From positions 192,001 through 256,000 of the forward strand of contig CAVXVB010000007.1 in the NCBI GenBank assembly GCA_963765205.1: 64,000 bases of DNA, written 5' to 3'. This DNA is from an uncultured Verrucomicrobiae bacterium (lineage in GTDB: Bacteria > Verrucomicrobiota > Verrucomicrobiia > Opitutales > JABDGR01). Below are positions 1 through 12,300 of this stretch, piece after piece. The position numbers were made by a program, and so were the translations under genes. The notes beneath the pieces were generated by a model. The model was not told where the DNA came from and ran no database searches. It was given only the letters and a program-made list of their open reading frames with translations. The first letter of the stretch is position 1. Each line of letters begins with the position of its first letter.

Positions 1-122
1 CGGCGGCTGGACGGTCACCAACGGGGTCATTCAATTTGGCGACGGCACGCAGCCCAATGCGACCTTGAACACCACCCACACCACGCAGCCGGAGGGCACC
101 CTGCACCATCACCTCCCCCGGG

Positions 123-3100
123 GTGGTGATATTCAACGATACGCAGTCCATCGTGAATGGGGCCCTGGCCAACACGGTGGTTACGACGTTTATCCAGGGC
201 ACGGGCACTTTGGTGCAAAACGGCTACACGAACACCACGCTCGCCAATTTGACCACCGGCTCGGGAAGCACGGCGCTGACGTGGACGGCCAATGGGACGG
301 GGAACACGACTTACGGCGGCATGTTGGGCAACAACATCTCGATTGCCTATGTGACGCCGGAAACGCCGAACTCACCGCTGAGCTTTACGCTGACGGGGAA
401 TGCGTTGACCGTGAATTTGGCCACGAACGCCACCGGCACGGCGGCCAGCAATATTCTTGGCGGCACTTCCAATACGAGCACCGGCACCGGCGTTGACTAC
501 AAGGCGGTCACGATTGGCTCGGCCGGGAACAACATCGCGGTGAATTATGTGGTGGCGGGCGACAACACGCCGGCATCCGTGGCGGTCAGTGGCAACACCA
601 TCACCGTCAACCTGGCCACGAATGCGACGGGCGTGGTACTGCCGACCATGACGGCGGCCAACATTGCGGCGAACGTCAATGCGAATCCCGCGGCCGCCCT
701 CTTGGTGACGGCGTCCAGCACCGGCACCGGTGTTCCCTCGGCCAATTTTTCGGGGACCTTGGGCCAGGCGACCGGCGGAAACAACACCCTGCAATCAGCG
801 GGCGTGGACACGGTCTCCATCACCACCCCGGCGAACATCGCCAGCGCCTTCACGAATGGAACGGCGAACGCCACGGTCACGGGGATTCTGACGGTCGCCG
901 GCACGGGCGCGGGCAACCTGAGCGCGCTGGCGGCCACCAATCTGGCCAACGGCGTGTCGCTCCCCGCCTCGCTGACGCTAACGAACAACAACACCATCAC
1001 CACGGTTTCCTTCAACTCCACGTCGGCGGCGGCGACGACGGCGCCGGGCGATTTGATTCTGGGCGGCTCGCTGGCCCTTGAAAACGCCAACATCACCGGC
1101 TACAACACGGGCGGGAACATCGGGAACCTCAACCTGAACGCCGTGAACGCGACCAATACGATTGCGAACGGCGGCTTGACGGCGGTGACGCTGGGCGGCC
1201 TCAACGGCAACAAGACGCTGGACATCTCGAACCTTACTTTCACGCTGGGCAACAACAACGTCAGCAGCACCTATGCCGGCATCCTTGCGAGCGCCACGGG
1301 TCCGGCCACGCTGGTCAAGACGGGCAACGGCACCCTCGTGCTGGTTAACAACAGCACCTTTAACACGTCCGCATCGGCCACGCCGCTGGGTTCGAACGTG
1401 ACGGTCAACAACGGGACGTTGCAACTGGGTAATGCCACGCTGCAAGGCATGGTGCCGGGCTCGATCCAAGTGCTCAGCCCGAACATCTCGAACGGGACCA
1501 TAGCCACGCTGACCCTGGCCGAGCCGCTGAACTTCACCTACGGCAACGTGGTCTTTGGCTCGGGCAATTTGACGCAGAACGGCAACACGCCGGCCACCCA
1601 GGCGGCGGGCACGACGGCGCTCACCAACGCCAACAGCAATATCACTTACACGGCCGTGGCCGCCGGCACGGCGGGCAACGCCTTCAACGTCAGCTATGTG
1701 AATCCGGGCACCCAGAACTCGCCGCTGAGCTTCACGGTCAACAGCACCAACCTGGTGGTGAGCCTGGCGACCTCCAACAACGGCGTGAATGCGAATGCCA
1801 CGACCAGCTTTGGCAACAATGAAGACCTGCTCTTCATGTCCGAAAAATCGGGCACGTCAAGCAACGGGATCACGGTCAGTTACGTGAACCCGGGAACTTT
1901 CCTGGCCGCGCCGACCATCGCCTCCGCCAATGCGACAAACGTGGTCGTGGACTTGGCGACGACGGCCGCCACCGCCGCCAACGCGACCATGAGCACGAAT
2001 CAGTTGAGCTTCACCGCCAAAGCGGCCGGGGCCCAAGGTGACAACATTCAGGTGGTGTTCGCCACGCCCTCGGGTGCGTCAGATACGGTCACGGTGTCAG
2101 GCAATATCATCACGGTGACGCCCAAGACCGGTGGCGACTCTCCCGCCAACATCGTCACCGCCCTTGGCAATGCGACGCTTTCGATTGCCCCGTCTTTGAT
2201 TACCGCGGCCGTGGGCTCCAATAGCACAGGCAACTTTACGACTTCGGAGGCCGCGACCACATTGGCCAACGGCACCAACCTCACGATCAATGCCACGACC
2301 AACACGGCGACGGCGATTGCAAACCTGATCAACAGCAATGCGACGGCCAATGCGGTGTTGACGGCGAACATTGCGCCAACCCAAACCGGTGCGGGCGATG
2401 TGACGACGCTGGGCACGTTCACGCTGGCGAACGGCGCCAACGCCTCGATTGCCTCGAACATGACGGCGGCGAACATCCTTGCGGCGGAATTGGCGAACAG
2501 CAGCGTCACCGGCAATGTGACGCCATCGTTGAGCGGCACAGGCGCCGGGCTGGTGACGGCGTTCGGTCCGATCACCCTGTCGGGCGCGACGGCCGCCATC
2601 GGGAACACATTAACTTTGACCGGGGCGAACACTTACACGGGCAATACCACGGTTTCACAGGGCACGCTGCAAATTGGCAATGGCACGGCGGGCAGCATCA
2701 GCCCCAACTCGAGCATCAGTCTGGCCTCGAGCACCAACCTGATCATTGACGAAGGCCCGACCATCACGTTGTCCAACCCCATCACCGGCGCGGGCAACGT
2801 GTTTATCCTGCAAACGAACCCCGTGACGCTGACCGCCACGAATTTCACCGGCGGAACTTACATTGGCCAGGGTGGCACCCTGGTGCTGGGCGGCAACACG
2901 GCCTTGGCGAACTCGACGCTCAACCTCATCCTCGGCAACTCCTCGGCGAATGGCGCGCTGAGTTTTGGGACGCTGACCAATGCAAGCATCGGCGAGCTGT
3001 CCGGCAACGAGAATTTGGTGCTGAGTTCGGGCTCCACTCCGCTGACGCTCACGTTGGGGAACAACACCAACGCGGCGGCGGCCATTTATACCGGCAATTT

Positions 3101-6100
3101 GAGCGGGTCGGTCGCCGGCACGAATTTGATCAAGACCGCCAACAGCCAGCCGCTGACCTTGGCGGGCACGCTCACCTTTAACGGCAACATCACGACCAAC
3201 GGCACCCTGACCCTGTCGGGCAATGTGCAAATTGGCGGCGGCATCAATGTCAACAACGGCACGCTGACGTTGTCCGGGCCGAATAACACCTACACGGGTG
3301 GAACGACGATCAACAGCACGGCGACGGCGCAATTCAACTCGGCGAGCAGCTTTGGCACGGGGCAAATCGTGGTGAATAATGGCACGCTGCAATGGAACGG
3401 GCCGAATGTGAGCGCCCCGAACCTGGACATTTCGTCGCACCTGACCAACGGCATCGCCACGGGGAACGTGACCTTGAACTTGGTGAACACGGGTGGGGTG
3501 GCGGAAAACGTGACGTTTAATTCGGCGATTGGCGGCAGCGGCAACCTGATCATCCAAGGATTTAATGGCACCAACGGCACCGCCGCCACCACCGGCGCGG
3601 CCAATGCCAGCATCACCTACTCGCTGCCGACCACGCTTTCGAATTTGGGGAACGGGATTCAGGTGGCCTTGGTTAATCCCGAAATCGCCAACTCGTCGCT
3701 GGGGGTATCGGTCGCCAACATTGCGGCGAACCTCGCCACGGGCAACACGGCCAGCAACAACGGCATCACCTACTCGGCCAACACGTCCACGGCCAGTGTG
3801 GCGGGGATTTTTGGCAACAATATCACCATTGCCTATGTGAACGGCAACGGCCTCAGCGTGCCGACGACGGCCTCGGTGACGGGCAACGTCATCACGGTCA
3901 CCCTGGGCACGGATGCGACGGGCAATCTCAGCGTGGCGAACACCACGGCGCAGAGCGTGATTAACGCCATCAACGCCAACAGCAGCGTGAAGGCCTTGGT
4001 CAACGCCTCGCTCACCACGGGTGACACGGGCGGCACGGGCTTGGTGATACCGCAGGCGGCGACGACCTTCACCGGCGGCGCGACGACCGTCAATGTGAGC
4101 CTGGCCACCAATACCTCGGGCACGTTAGCCAACACGACGCTGGGCACGTCGCAGCCGGACGCGGCGGTGACGTTCACGGCTCCGAAACAAGGCGCGGCCG
4201 CAGTGACCATTGCCTATGTGAACCCCGGCGTTGCCAATTCGACGCTGGGCGTGGCCAGCAACTCGACGGCCACCAACATTGTCATCAACCTGGCGACGGA
4301 TGCGAATGGCAACGTGACCACGACGGCGGCGCAGATAGCGAGTTTGATTGGCAATGCCACGGTGGCCAATGCCACTTTCAGCAACGGCACCGCGGTCAAC
4401 ACGGTGGTCTATGCGTCCCTACCGGCGACGGACAGTGTGGGCGGCGGCGTGGTGCCGGTGCAGTCGGCGACCTGGACGGCGGGCACCGCGGCGGGCATTA
4501 CTTCCAACGCAACGCAAGTCATCAGCGCGATTAACGGCAACACCAGCCTCATCGTGGCCAGCAACACGACCGGGAGCACGGGGGCGGGCCTGGTCACAGC
4601 GGCGAGCGCCAACCTAACCGGCGGCGTTAATGCCGGCGTGCTGACCCTGAACGCCGCGGACCCGAACCTGAACGGCCCGGTCAACATCACCAACGGCACC
4701 CTGTTGCTGGGCAACAACAATGCGCTGCAAAATGCGACCCTGAATTATGGGCCGGGCGCCGGCGTGCTCCAATTTGCGCCGGGCATTTTGTCGCCCAACA
4801 TCGGCACCGTGAATTTGACGGCGAACCTGCAGTTGACGACGACAGCCGGGCAATCCATCACGCTCATTGAAGGCGGGAACAACCAGACGACCACCTTTAC
4901 CGGAACTTTGAGCGGCACCACGGTCAACAATGTCGGCAACCTGACGAAGATTGGCACGGGCATTCTGTTCCTGGGGGCGAACAACACGTTTAACGGCACC
5001 ACGACGATCAGCGGCGGCGAAATCAACTTCTCGTTCGCCGGCAACTACACGACCTACACCCAAGGCGCCACGGCGACGAACTTCGGCTACCAGCCCAACA
5101 TCGTGCTGAGCGGTGGCGGGCTGCAATGGGGCGCGGGCGTGACGGTGGACCTTTCGCCCAACATCACCATCGGCGGCACCAACGCGCTCGACACCATTGA
5201 CACCAACGGCCAGAACGTGGCCCTGGCCTCGACCGGGTTCAGCGGCACGGGCGTCCTGGTCAAGGCCGGTGGCGGCACGCTGACGTTGACGCAGCCGGAA
5301 ACCTACAGCGGCGTGGCGAATGCCTCGCTCGGCCTGGGCACCACGATCATCACCGGCGGCGCGTTGCAATTGGGCAATGGCTCGACCTCCGGCATCGGCA
5401 GCGTGGCGACCGGCTCGAATATCACGGACAATGCCATATTGATCTACAACGAAGGCGTGAACACGACCGTGAACAACCTGATCACGGGCACGGGCGGGTT
5501 GGTGGAGAATGGAATCAACACGGGCCAGGCCTCGAACACCACGACCTTTGGCAGCCAGAAGGACTTGACCTTCACGGCGGTGGCCGGTGGGAATTTGACC
5601 TACAATATTTCCTACGTTGCGCCGACGGCGTTGGGCGCGACGCCGAGTGTCACTGTCAGCGGCGGCAGCAACATCACGGTGCATTTAGGCTCAGTGAGCG
5701 GGAACGCCAACCTGACCACGAATGTGGGCGCCAACGCGAACATCCTCTACACCGCGAAGACCACCGGCGGCGGCGGCAATAGCGACACCGTGACCTATGT
5801 GGCCGCGGGCAACAACACCCCGCTTTCCCTGGCGGTGAGTGGCAGCAACATCACCGTCAACCTGGCCACGAATGCCACGGGCGGCGTCACTTCGACGGCG
5901 AATCAGGTGCTGGCCGCCTTGGCCGCCAACACAAGCGTCACCGCTTTGGTGACGCCGACGATTGCCCCGGGGAATGACGGCACGGCCGTGGTGGCCGCCC
6001 TTTCGCAGACCCCCCTGGCGAACGGCACTTCCACCCCGACGGCGAACTCGACAGCGGAGCAGATCATGTTGTTGCTGCAGAACACGCCGGCGGCGACGAC

Positions 6101-6338
6101 GCTGATTAACGCGGTGCTGGCGAACGGCGAAAATGGGTCGGGGGTGTTGGCTACGACGGGGTCGCCCATCGTGGTGAGCGGCGGCAGCAGTTCGACCGCG
6201 GCCACGAGCTTGACGCTGAATGCCGCGAACACTTTCAACGGCACGACCAGCATCCAGGCGGGCACGCTGATTCTGGGCGTTCCGCTCGCGCTGCAAGACA
6301 GCACGCTTAATTATGTCACCACGGGGGGGGCGCTTTGA
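123..6338 (+). CDS. Giant beta-strand-repeat protein, fragment 1 (coding actually begins before the window; frame 2 from base 2 reads GGWTVTNGVIQFGDG...)
   Basis: 2071-aa ORF with repeats such as TLTLTGANTYTGNTTVSQGTLQIGNG; it ends just after a G8 run. Confidence 0.85.
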   Translation: MVIFNDTQSIVNGALANTVVTTFIQGTGTLVQNGYTNTTLANLTTGSGSTALTWTANGTGNTTYGGMLGNNISIAYVTPETPNSPLSFTLTGNALTVNLATNATGTAASNILGGTSNTSTGTGVDYKAVTIGSAGNNIAVNYVVAGDNTPASVAVSGNTITVNLATNATGVVLPTMTAANIAANVNANPAAALLVTASSTGTGVPSANFSGTLGQATGGNNTLQSAGVDTVSITTPANIASAFTNGTANATVTGILTVAGTGAGNLSALAATNLANGVSLPASLTLTNNNTITTVSFNSTSAAATTAPGDLILGGSLALENANITGYNTGGNIGNLNLNAVNATNTIANGGLTAVTLGGLNGNKTLDISNLTFTLGNNNVSSTYAGILASATGPATLVKTGNGTLVLVNNSTFNTSASATPLGSNVTVNNGTLQLGNATLQGMVPGSIQVLSPNISNGTIATLTLAEPLNFTYGNVVFGSGNLTQNGNTPATQAAGTTALTNANSNITYTAVAAGTAGNAFNVSYVNPGTQNSPLSFTVNSTNLVVSLATSNNGVNANATTSFGNNEDLLFMSEKSGTSSNGITVSYVNPGTFLAAPTIASANATNVVVDLATTAATAANATMSTNQLSFTAKAAGAQGDNIQVVFATPSGASDTVTVSGNIITVTPKTGGDSPANIVTALGNATLSIAPSLITAAVGSNSTGNFTTSEAATTLANGTNLTINATTNTATAIANLINSNATANAVLTANIAPTQTGAGDVTTLGTFTLANGANASIASNMTAANILAAELANSSVTGNVTPSLSGTGAGLVTAFGPITLSGATAAIGNTLTLTGANTYTGNTTVSQGTLQIGNGTAGSISPNSSISLASSTNLIIDEGPTITLSNPITGAGNVFILQTNPVTLTATNFTGGTYIGQGGTLVLGGNTALANSTLNLILGNSSANGALSFGTLTNASIGELSGNENLVLSSGSTPLTLTLGNNTNAAAAIYTGNLSGSVAGTNLIKTANSQPLTLAGTLTFNGNITTNGTLTLSGNVQIGGGINVNNGTLTLSGPNNTYTGGTTINSTATAQFNSASSFGTGQIVVNNGTLQWNGPNVSAPNLDISSHLTNGIATGNVTLNLVNTGGVAENVTFNSAIGGSGNLIIQGFNGTNGTAATTGAANASITYSLPTTLSNLGNGIQVALVNPEIANSSLGVSVANIAANLATGNTASNNGITYSANTSTASVAGIFGNNITIAYVNGNGLSVPTTASVTGNVITVTLGTDATGNLSVANTTAQSVINAINANSSVKALVNASLTTGDTGGTGLVIPQAATTFTGGATTVNVSLATNTSGTLANTTLGTSQPDAAVTFTAPKQGAAAVTIAYVNPGVANSTLGVASNSTATNIVINLATDANGNVTTTAAQIASLIGNATVANATFSNGTAVNTVVYASLPATDSVGGGVVPVQSATWTAGTAAGITSNATQVISAINGNTSLIVASNTTGSTGAGLVTAASANLTGGVNAGVLTLNAADPNLNGPVNITNGTLLLGNNNALQNATLNYGPGAGVLQFAPGILSPNIGTVNLTANLQLTTTAGQSITLIEGGNNQTTTFTGTLSGTTVNNVGNLTKIGTGILFLGANNTFNGTTTISGGEINFSFAGNYTTYTQGATATNFGYQPNIVLSGGGLQWGAGVTVDLSPNITIGGTNALDTIDTNGQNVALASTGFSGTGVLVKAGGGTLTLTQPETYSGVANASLGLGTTIITGGALQLGNGSTSGIGSVATGSNITDNAILIYNEGVNTTVNNLITGTGGLVENGINTGQASNTTTFGSQKDLTFTAVAGGNLTYNISYVAPTALGATPSVTVSGGSNITVHLGSVSGNANLTTNVGANANILYTAKTTGGGGNSDTVTYVAAGNNTPLSLAVSGSNITVNLATNATGGVTSTANQVLAALAANTSVTALVTPTIAPGNDGTAVVAALSQTPLANGTSTPTANSTAEQIMLLLQNTPAATTLINAVLANGENGSGVLATTGSPIVVSGGSSSTAATSLTLNAANTFNGTTSIQAGTLILGVPLALQDSTLNYVTTGGAL

Positions 6339-9300
6339 GCTTCGGCTCGCTTTCGGCGGCGACCCTGGGCGGCTTGACCGGCAATCAAAACCTGGCCTTG
6401 ACCAATGGGACCAGCGCGGCGGTGGCTTTGACGGTCGGCCAAAACAATGGTTCGACGGCTTATTCCGGCAACCTGACGGGCAGCGGCAGCTTGACCAAGT
6501 CCGGAACGGGCATCTTCACCCTCGGCGGGTCGGGCGACAGTTACTCCGGGGGCACGACGGTCACCGGCGGTCTGATCAACTTCAACGCCCTGGCGCAGTT
6601 TGGCTCCGGAGCGCTGGTGCTCAGCGGCGGTGGCGTGCAATACACGCTGGGCCTGACGGCGGACGTTTCGAGCCTCATCGGGGCGACGGGCCTGGGCGCG
6701 GGCAACGACACGATTGACACGAATGTCAACAACGAGACGTTTGGGACGGCGCTGGGCGGGGCCGGCACGCTGGTCAAGGCCGGCGCCGGCACGCTGTTCC
6801 TCTCGCGGCATGACACCTACACCGGCGGCACCATCATCACCAACGGCCTGATTGATTTCACCTCGGTGGCAAGCGGCTCGACCAACTTTGGCACGGGCGT
6901 CATCACGCTGGCCGGCGGCGGGTTGCAGTATTCGGTCGCCAGCACCGGCACGGACGTTTCGCCGAACATCACCCTGGGCACCGGCCTGGACACGATTGAC
7001 ACGAATGGCACGACGGAAACGTTTGCCACCTCCGTGCCGGGCACGGGCACTTTGGTGAAGGCCGGCGCCGGGACGTTAATTCTGGACGCGGTGGAAGGCT
7101 ACACGGGCGGCACCGTCATCAACGTGGGCACGCTGCAATTGGGGAATGGCGCGGTGAACGGCTCGATGAACGCCACGCTGCCGTCCTTCAGCAATATCCA
7201 GGACAACGCGGTCCTGAACTTTGACGAAGCCGGCTCGACGAGCTTTGGCGGCATCATCTCCGGCACGGGTAATCTGACCCAGGTGGCGGCGAACACGCTG
7301 ACCCTCACGGGCGCCAGCACCTTTGACGGCACGGCTTCGATTCTCTCCGGCGGCACGTTGACCCTGGGCATCAGCACCGCGCTGCAAAACGCGACGCTGT
7401 CATATACCACCACGGGCGGCGCCTTTAGCTTCGGCAGCCTGCCCAATGCGGCTTTGGGTGGCTTGAGCGGCAACCAGACCCTGCCGTTGACCAATAATGG
7501 CAGCGCGGCGGTGGCCTTGACGGTTGGCGCCAATGGCTTCAACACCACGTATAGCGGCATCCTGAGCGGCAGCGGCAGCCTGACCAAGATTGGGAACGGC
7601 ACCTTGACCCTCAATCCGACCGGGACGAATTCCTACGCCGGCAACACGACGGTTAATGGCGGCACGCTGGATCTGGCGAGCGCGGGGGCCTTGAGCAACG
7701 CCGGCACGAGTGCGCTCATCGTCAACAACGCCAGTGTGCTCAACGGTCTGGGCGGCGCCCTAAGCATCAACAACAACCAGACGTGGTCGGGCAATTTGAA
7801 CTACATTGGCAGCTTCACCTTTGGGAACGCCGCCACGCCAAGCACGTTGACCCTGGCGAGCAACTCCACGCTCAATCTTTCGGGCAATGTGCTGGTTTAT
7901 AACGTGAACCCGGCCAATGCCACCCTGGCGGGGGCGGCGGGCAACAATGTGAGCATCACCTATGTGAAGCCGGGCACGGCCAATTCGGCGGCCAGCCTGT
8001 CCGTCACGGGCAACGCGATCGTCATCAACCTGGCCACGGACGCCAACGACAATGTGAGTTCGACGGCCAACAGCATTCTCAATTTGATTGGCAATTCCTC
8101 GGTGACCAACGGCACCGCGGCGGGCAATCTCGTGACCGTGGCGCTGGGCGCGAACAGCACCGGCACCGGTTTGCTCAATGCGTCGGCCCTGGCCTCCCTC
8201 ACGGGCGGCAATGCCACCAGCAACGCGACGCTGACCAGCATTTTTGGGACGACGACGATTAATGACGCGATAGTGCAGACCGGGACGCCGGGCGAGACGC
8301 TGGCGGTCACCGGCGCGGGGAATTTGACCTTCGGGGGCAATGGCACGGCGGCGGCGAATCTCACTTCGAGCATCAACGCCCCGCACCTGTCGGTGACGGG
8401 CAATGAAGTCATCACCATTGGCACGGGGGCGGTGGTGAATGCGGGGGCGCCGAGCAACGCCACGAACCAAGGCTACAATGTGTTCGGCTTCAATCCGGGG
8501 GACAATGTCACGTTGACGCTGACCGGCAACGGCATCTTGAACAGCGGCAACGTGGAAGTGGGCTTGGGCAACACGGGCGCCCTGCAAGGCGTAATCAACT
8601 CGACGCTGAATATCGGCGGCACTTCGCAACTGACCGCGAACGACCTGTGGATCGGCGAGGGCAGCACGGGCGACTCGGTTTCCGACTTTACGACGGCGCT
8701 GGTCAATCAAACCGGGGGCACGGTGATTTTGACGGGGAACAGCGCCGGGGGCGGCGGGTTGCAATTGGGCGGCCAATTCTCCTATGTGCTCAGTTCGACC
8801 AACGTAACCTACAATTTCAGCGGCGGCAATTTGGAGACCACGTCGATCGTGGCGGCGAATGTCGGCACCACGGGCTCGGTGTTGTTTAACTTCAACGGCG
8901 GCATTTTGACGGCCCTGGCCAACAGCAGCATCGCGGGGGTTAATGGCGCCACCGCGAACACGACTTTCATTTCGGGCGGGGCCCTCGGGGTCAATTCGCT
9001 GGTGGACAACGCGGGCGGGGCGATCATCAACACGAACGGCTTTAACATCACGATTGCACAGAATTTGACGCACAACCTCACCTTGGGCTTAACGCTGGAC
9101 GGTGGTTTGACGAAGGTGGGCGCGGGCACCTTGACCTTCCCGATTACGCAGAACGACACTTACACGGGCAACACGACGCTGGGCAACGCCACCACGGTGG
9201 GCGGCACCTTGAATGTGTCGCAAGACAGCGCGCTGGGCGGCAATCCGAATGCGACGCTGATCTTTGGGAACACGGCCACGCTGCAACTTGGCTCGACCTT

Positions 9301-12300
9301 CACCCTTGGCCAGGGGCGCACGGTCAGCATCGGCAGCAGCCTCACCGGGATCATTGACACCCAGACTTACACCTTGAATTTCGGCGGCAACATTGTGGGG
9401 CATGGGAGCTTGGAAGAAACCGGCAGCGGGACGTTGAACCTGTTCGGGTTCAACACCTACAATGGGAGCACGATCATCAACTCCGGCACCCTGGAGCTCA
9501 ATTACGCCAGCCCCGGGGCGCCCTCGACGAACATGATCAATGGGACCTCGGCCTTGGTGCTGAATGGCGGAGGCACCCTCTTGCTCCAAGCCATCCCGGT
9601 GGCCCTGACCGACACGCAAAATTTCAGCAGCACGCAGATTAATGGCGGCACCGGCGTGGCCACGGTCACCATCAACGGTTCGGCGGCGGCGAGCGGCCCG
9701 ACGGTGAACCTTAACTTTGGCCCGATGTCGCGCACGACGGGCGGCGTGCTGGAACTCACGGAGGCGGGCAATGGTTCCTTGAACTTCCTGACCCCGTCGA
9801 GCGCCGGCCTGAATGCGCACGACATCACCGACAGCGATCATACACCGTTTGTGGTTTTAAGCACCGCGAACAACGGGGTGGACTGGGGCGCGTATGGCAA
9901 TGCCTCGACCACCGGGGCGCCCATTGTGCCCCTGAACCAAGTGAACGGCTACACGCTGATCACGTCCGCCGCCAATTTGAGCAATGTCAACTCGCCGACG
10001 GAAAGCGTCGCCCTGTCTTCGCCACTTCAAAAGTTCCAACTCTCCTCGAATGTGACGATGTCGGATATTTCCTACCTGACGCCGCAAAGCGTCAATCCGA
10101 TTATTGACATCAACCAGATCTATGCGATGGCCGTGGGCGGCGTGTTGGTCTCGAACGGCATCGGCAACGGTAACACCGCTGAAATCGCCGACGGCGCCAT
10201 AACCCCGGTGGCGGCGGGCGGCGACCTTCTCGTGGTCCAGGGTCAGCTTGGCGGCTCCAGCGGAGCCGGGCTAATCTTTACCAACACCATTCTTGCCAAT
10301 GTGGGCGGCCAGCCGACAAGTCTGGTAAAGATGGGGGTGGGCAACCTTGCAGTGGATGGCGGTCCGGGCTTCAACGGCTTTACCCCTTTCACCGGCAATA
10401 CCTACCTGGACCAAGGTTTCATCCAGTTGAGTCCGGTCAGCACTGAAAACGGCGCAAATGGCACGACGGTGAATTCCTTCCTGGAAAACAGTGAACTTAT
10501 CTTCCAGGGCGGCTCGCTTAATATTCCACTCAACCCCTCCGGCTTCGCCCAGGTTGGGGGTATTGCGGGCACGCAGAATATCGTCATCCTCAGCGATGGC
10601 ACGCTGGCACTCACGCCGCGCGCGGGGGTCAATGCGGTGTTGAGCGGAAACATCAACAGTCTGGCCAGCGCTGCGCAGTTTAGCCTAATCATGGCCGGCC
10701 CCGGCAGTGAAACGCTGAGCGGCAACAATTTCATTGAAGGCGGGATCATCACCCTCGAGGGCGGCACGCTCAAAATCGGCGGTGCGGCGATCTTTGGCAA
10801 CGGCACCACCAATACGGAGGACACGCTCTATCTCCAGGGTGGCAGCATTGACAGCCTCGGGTTTACGTCGGTGGTGAATAACACAACTCTCACCAACACC
10901 CTTAACCCCATACCAATTAGCTTCGTTGATCCGAATAACATCAATCCCAACGGCGCGGTGACCTATGTTGGTTCCACCACCGGGTTGACGCTGGGCTTGA
11001 ATGGCAACATAACCCTGGCCACCTCGTCGTCCTCGGCCACCAACACGATCACGGTAACCAATAACACCTTGACCTTGGCGGGGGTGATTGGCGGCAATTC
11101 GGAGATCGTCAAAGCCGGCCCCGGCGCGCTGCAATTGACGGGGAACAACGGGAACATCACCGGCGGGGTTTACTTTAATGGCAACATTCTCCTCACGGGC
11201 GGCAATCTGGTGGTGACGAACGACCTGCAATTGGGCTTGGTGCCCACGCTCACGGGCACGACGGCCTCCTCCGGCAACATCCTCATCGAGGGCGGCGCGC
11301 TCAATGCGAACTTTGCCATCAGCGGCAACCGCGTGATCGAGGTCGGCAACGCGACCCTGGGCAACGGCACGTTCAACGTGTCGACCAACACCTCGACCGT
11401 GGTGTCCGGGTATATTGAAGATGTGACGGGGAACACAGGCGGCATCCTCCAACTGGAGGGCAATGGCACCTTGGTGCTCAACGGCGGCGCGGCGAACACC
11501 TACACCGGGGGCACGGTTTTGAGCAGCGGCATCCTCAACATTATTTCGACGGCGTTGTCCACGGCGGGCACGGCGGACGGCGCGTTGGGCGCGGCGGCGG
11601 CGGGCGTCACCTTCACGGGCAATGCGACGTTGCAGGCCGGCACCACGACCGATCTGAATGCCGCCCGGTTGGTTACGGTTAGCCCGGGTGTCACGGGCAA
11701 CTTGAACACCAACGGCCAGGCTTTGAGCATCGAAGGCACGATTACCGGCACGTCCATCAACGCCAACCTCACCACCAGCTTTGGCACTTCCAACAGCAAT
11801 CTGATTTTGGCCGTCAACGGCACCAACGCCAGTCTGACCGGGGTGAATGCGACGGCGGGCGACAACGTCACCATCCAGTATGTGAAGGCCGCGAACGGCA
11901 CCGCGAGCACCACCGCCGCGGTGACGGGGAATGTGATTACGGTGACTTTGAGCGACACGGCCAACGGCGTCATCAATGCGACGGCGGCCAATGTCCTCGC
12001 GGCCATCAATGCGAACTCGAGTGTCGCCGCCTTGATCACGCCGAGCGAAACCTCGGGGAGCAACGGCAATGGCGTCGTGGCTTTGCTGGGCACTTCCAAT
12101 CTCTCCGGCGCGGTGTTGCCGGGCACGCTCAATGAAGCCGGCACGGGCATCCTGACCTTGAACGGCTCCAGCAATTTCACCGGGGGGCTGACCTTGAACG
12201 CGGGCACGCTGAACATCGGCAACGCGCAGGCGTTGGGCACGGGCACGCTGACCATCAATGGCGGCGCGTTTGACAACACCATCGGCGCGAACGCCAACAT

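Noticed and set aside
225..6206. Nested modules as inteins or introns
   Set aside because: No Cys/Ser...His-Asn splice motifs or endonuclease domains; composition matches extracellular structural domains.
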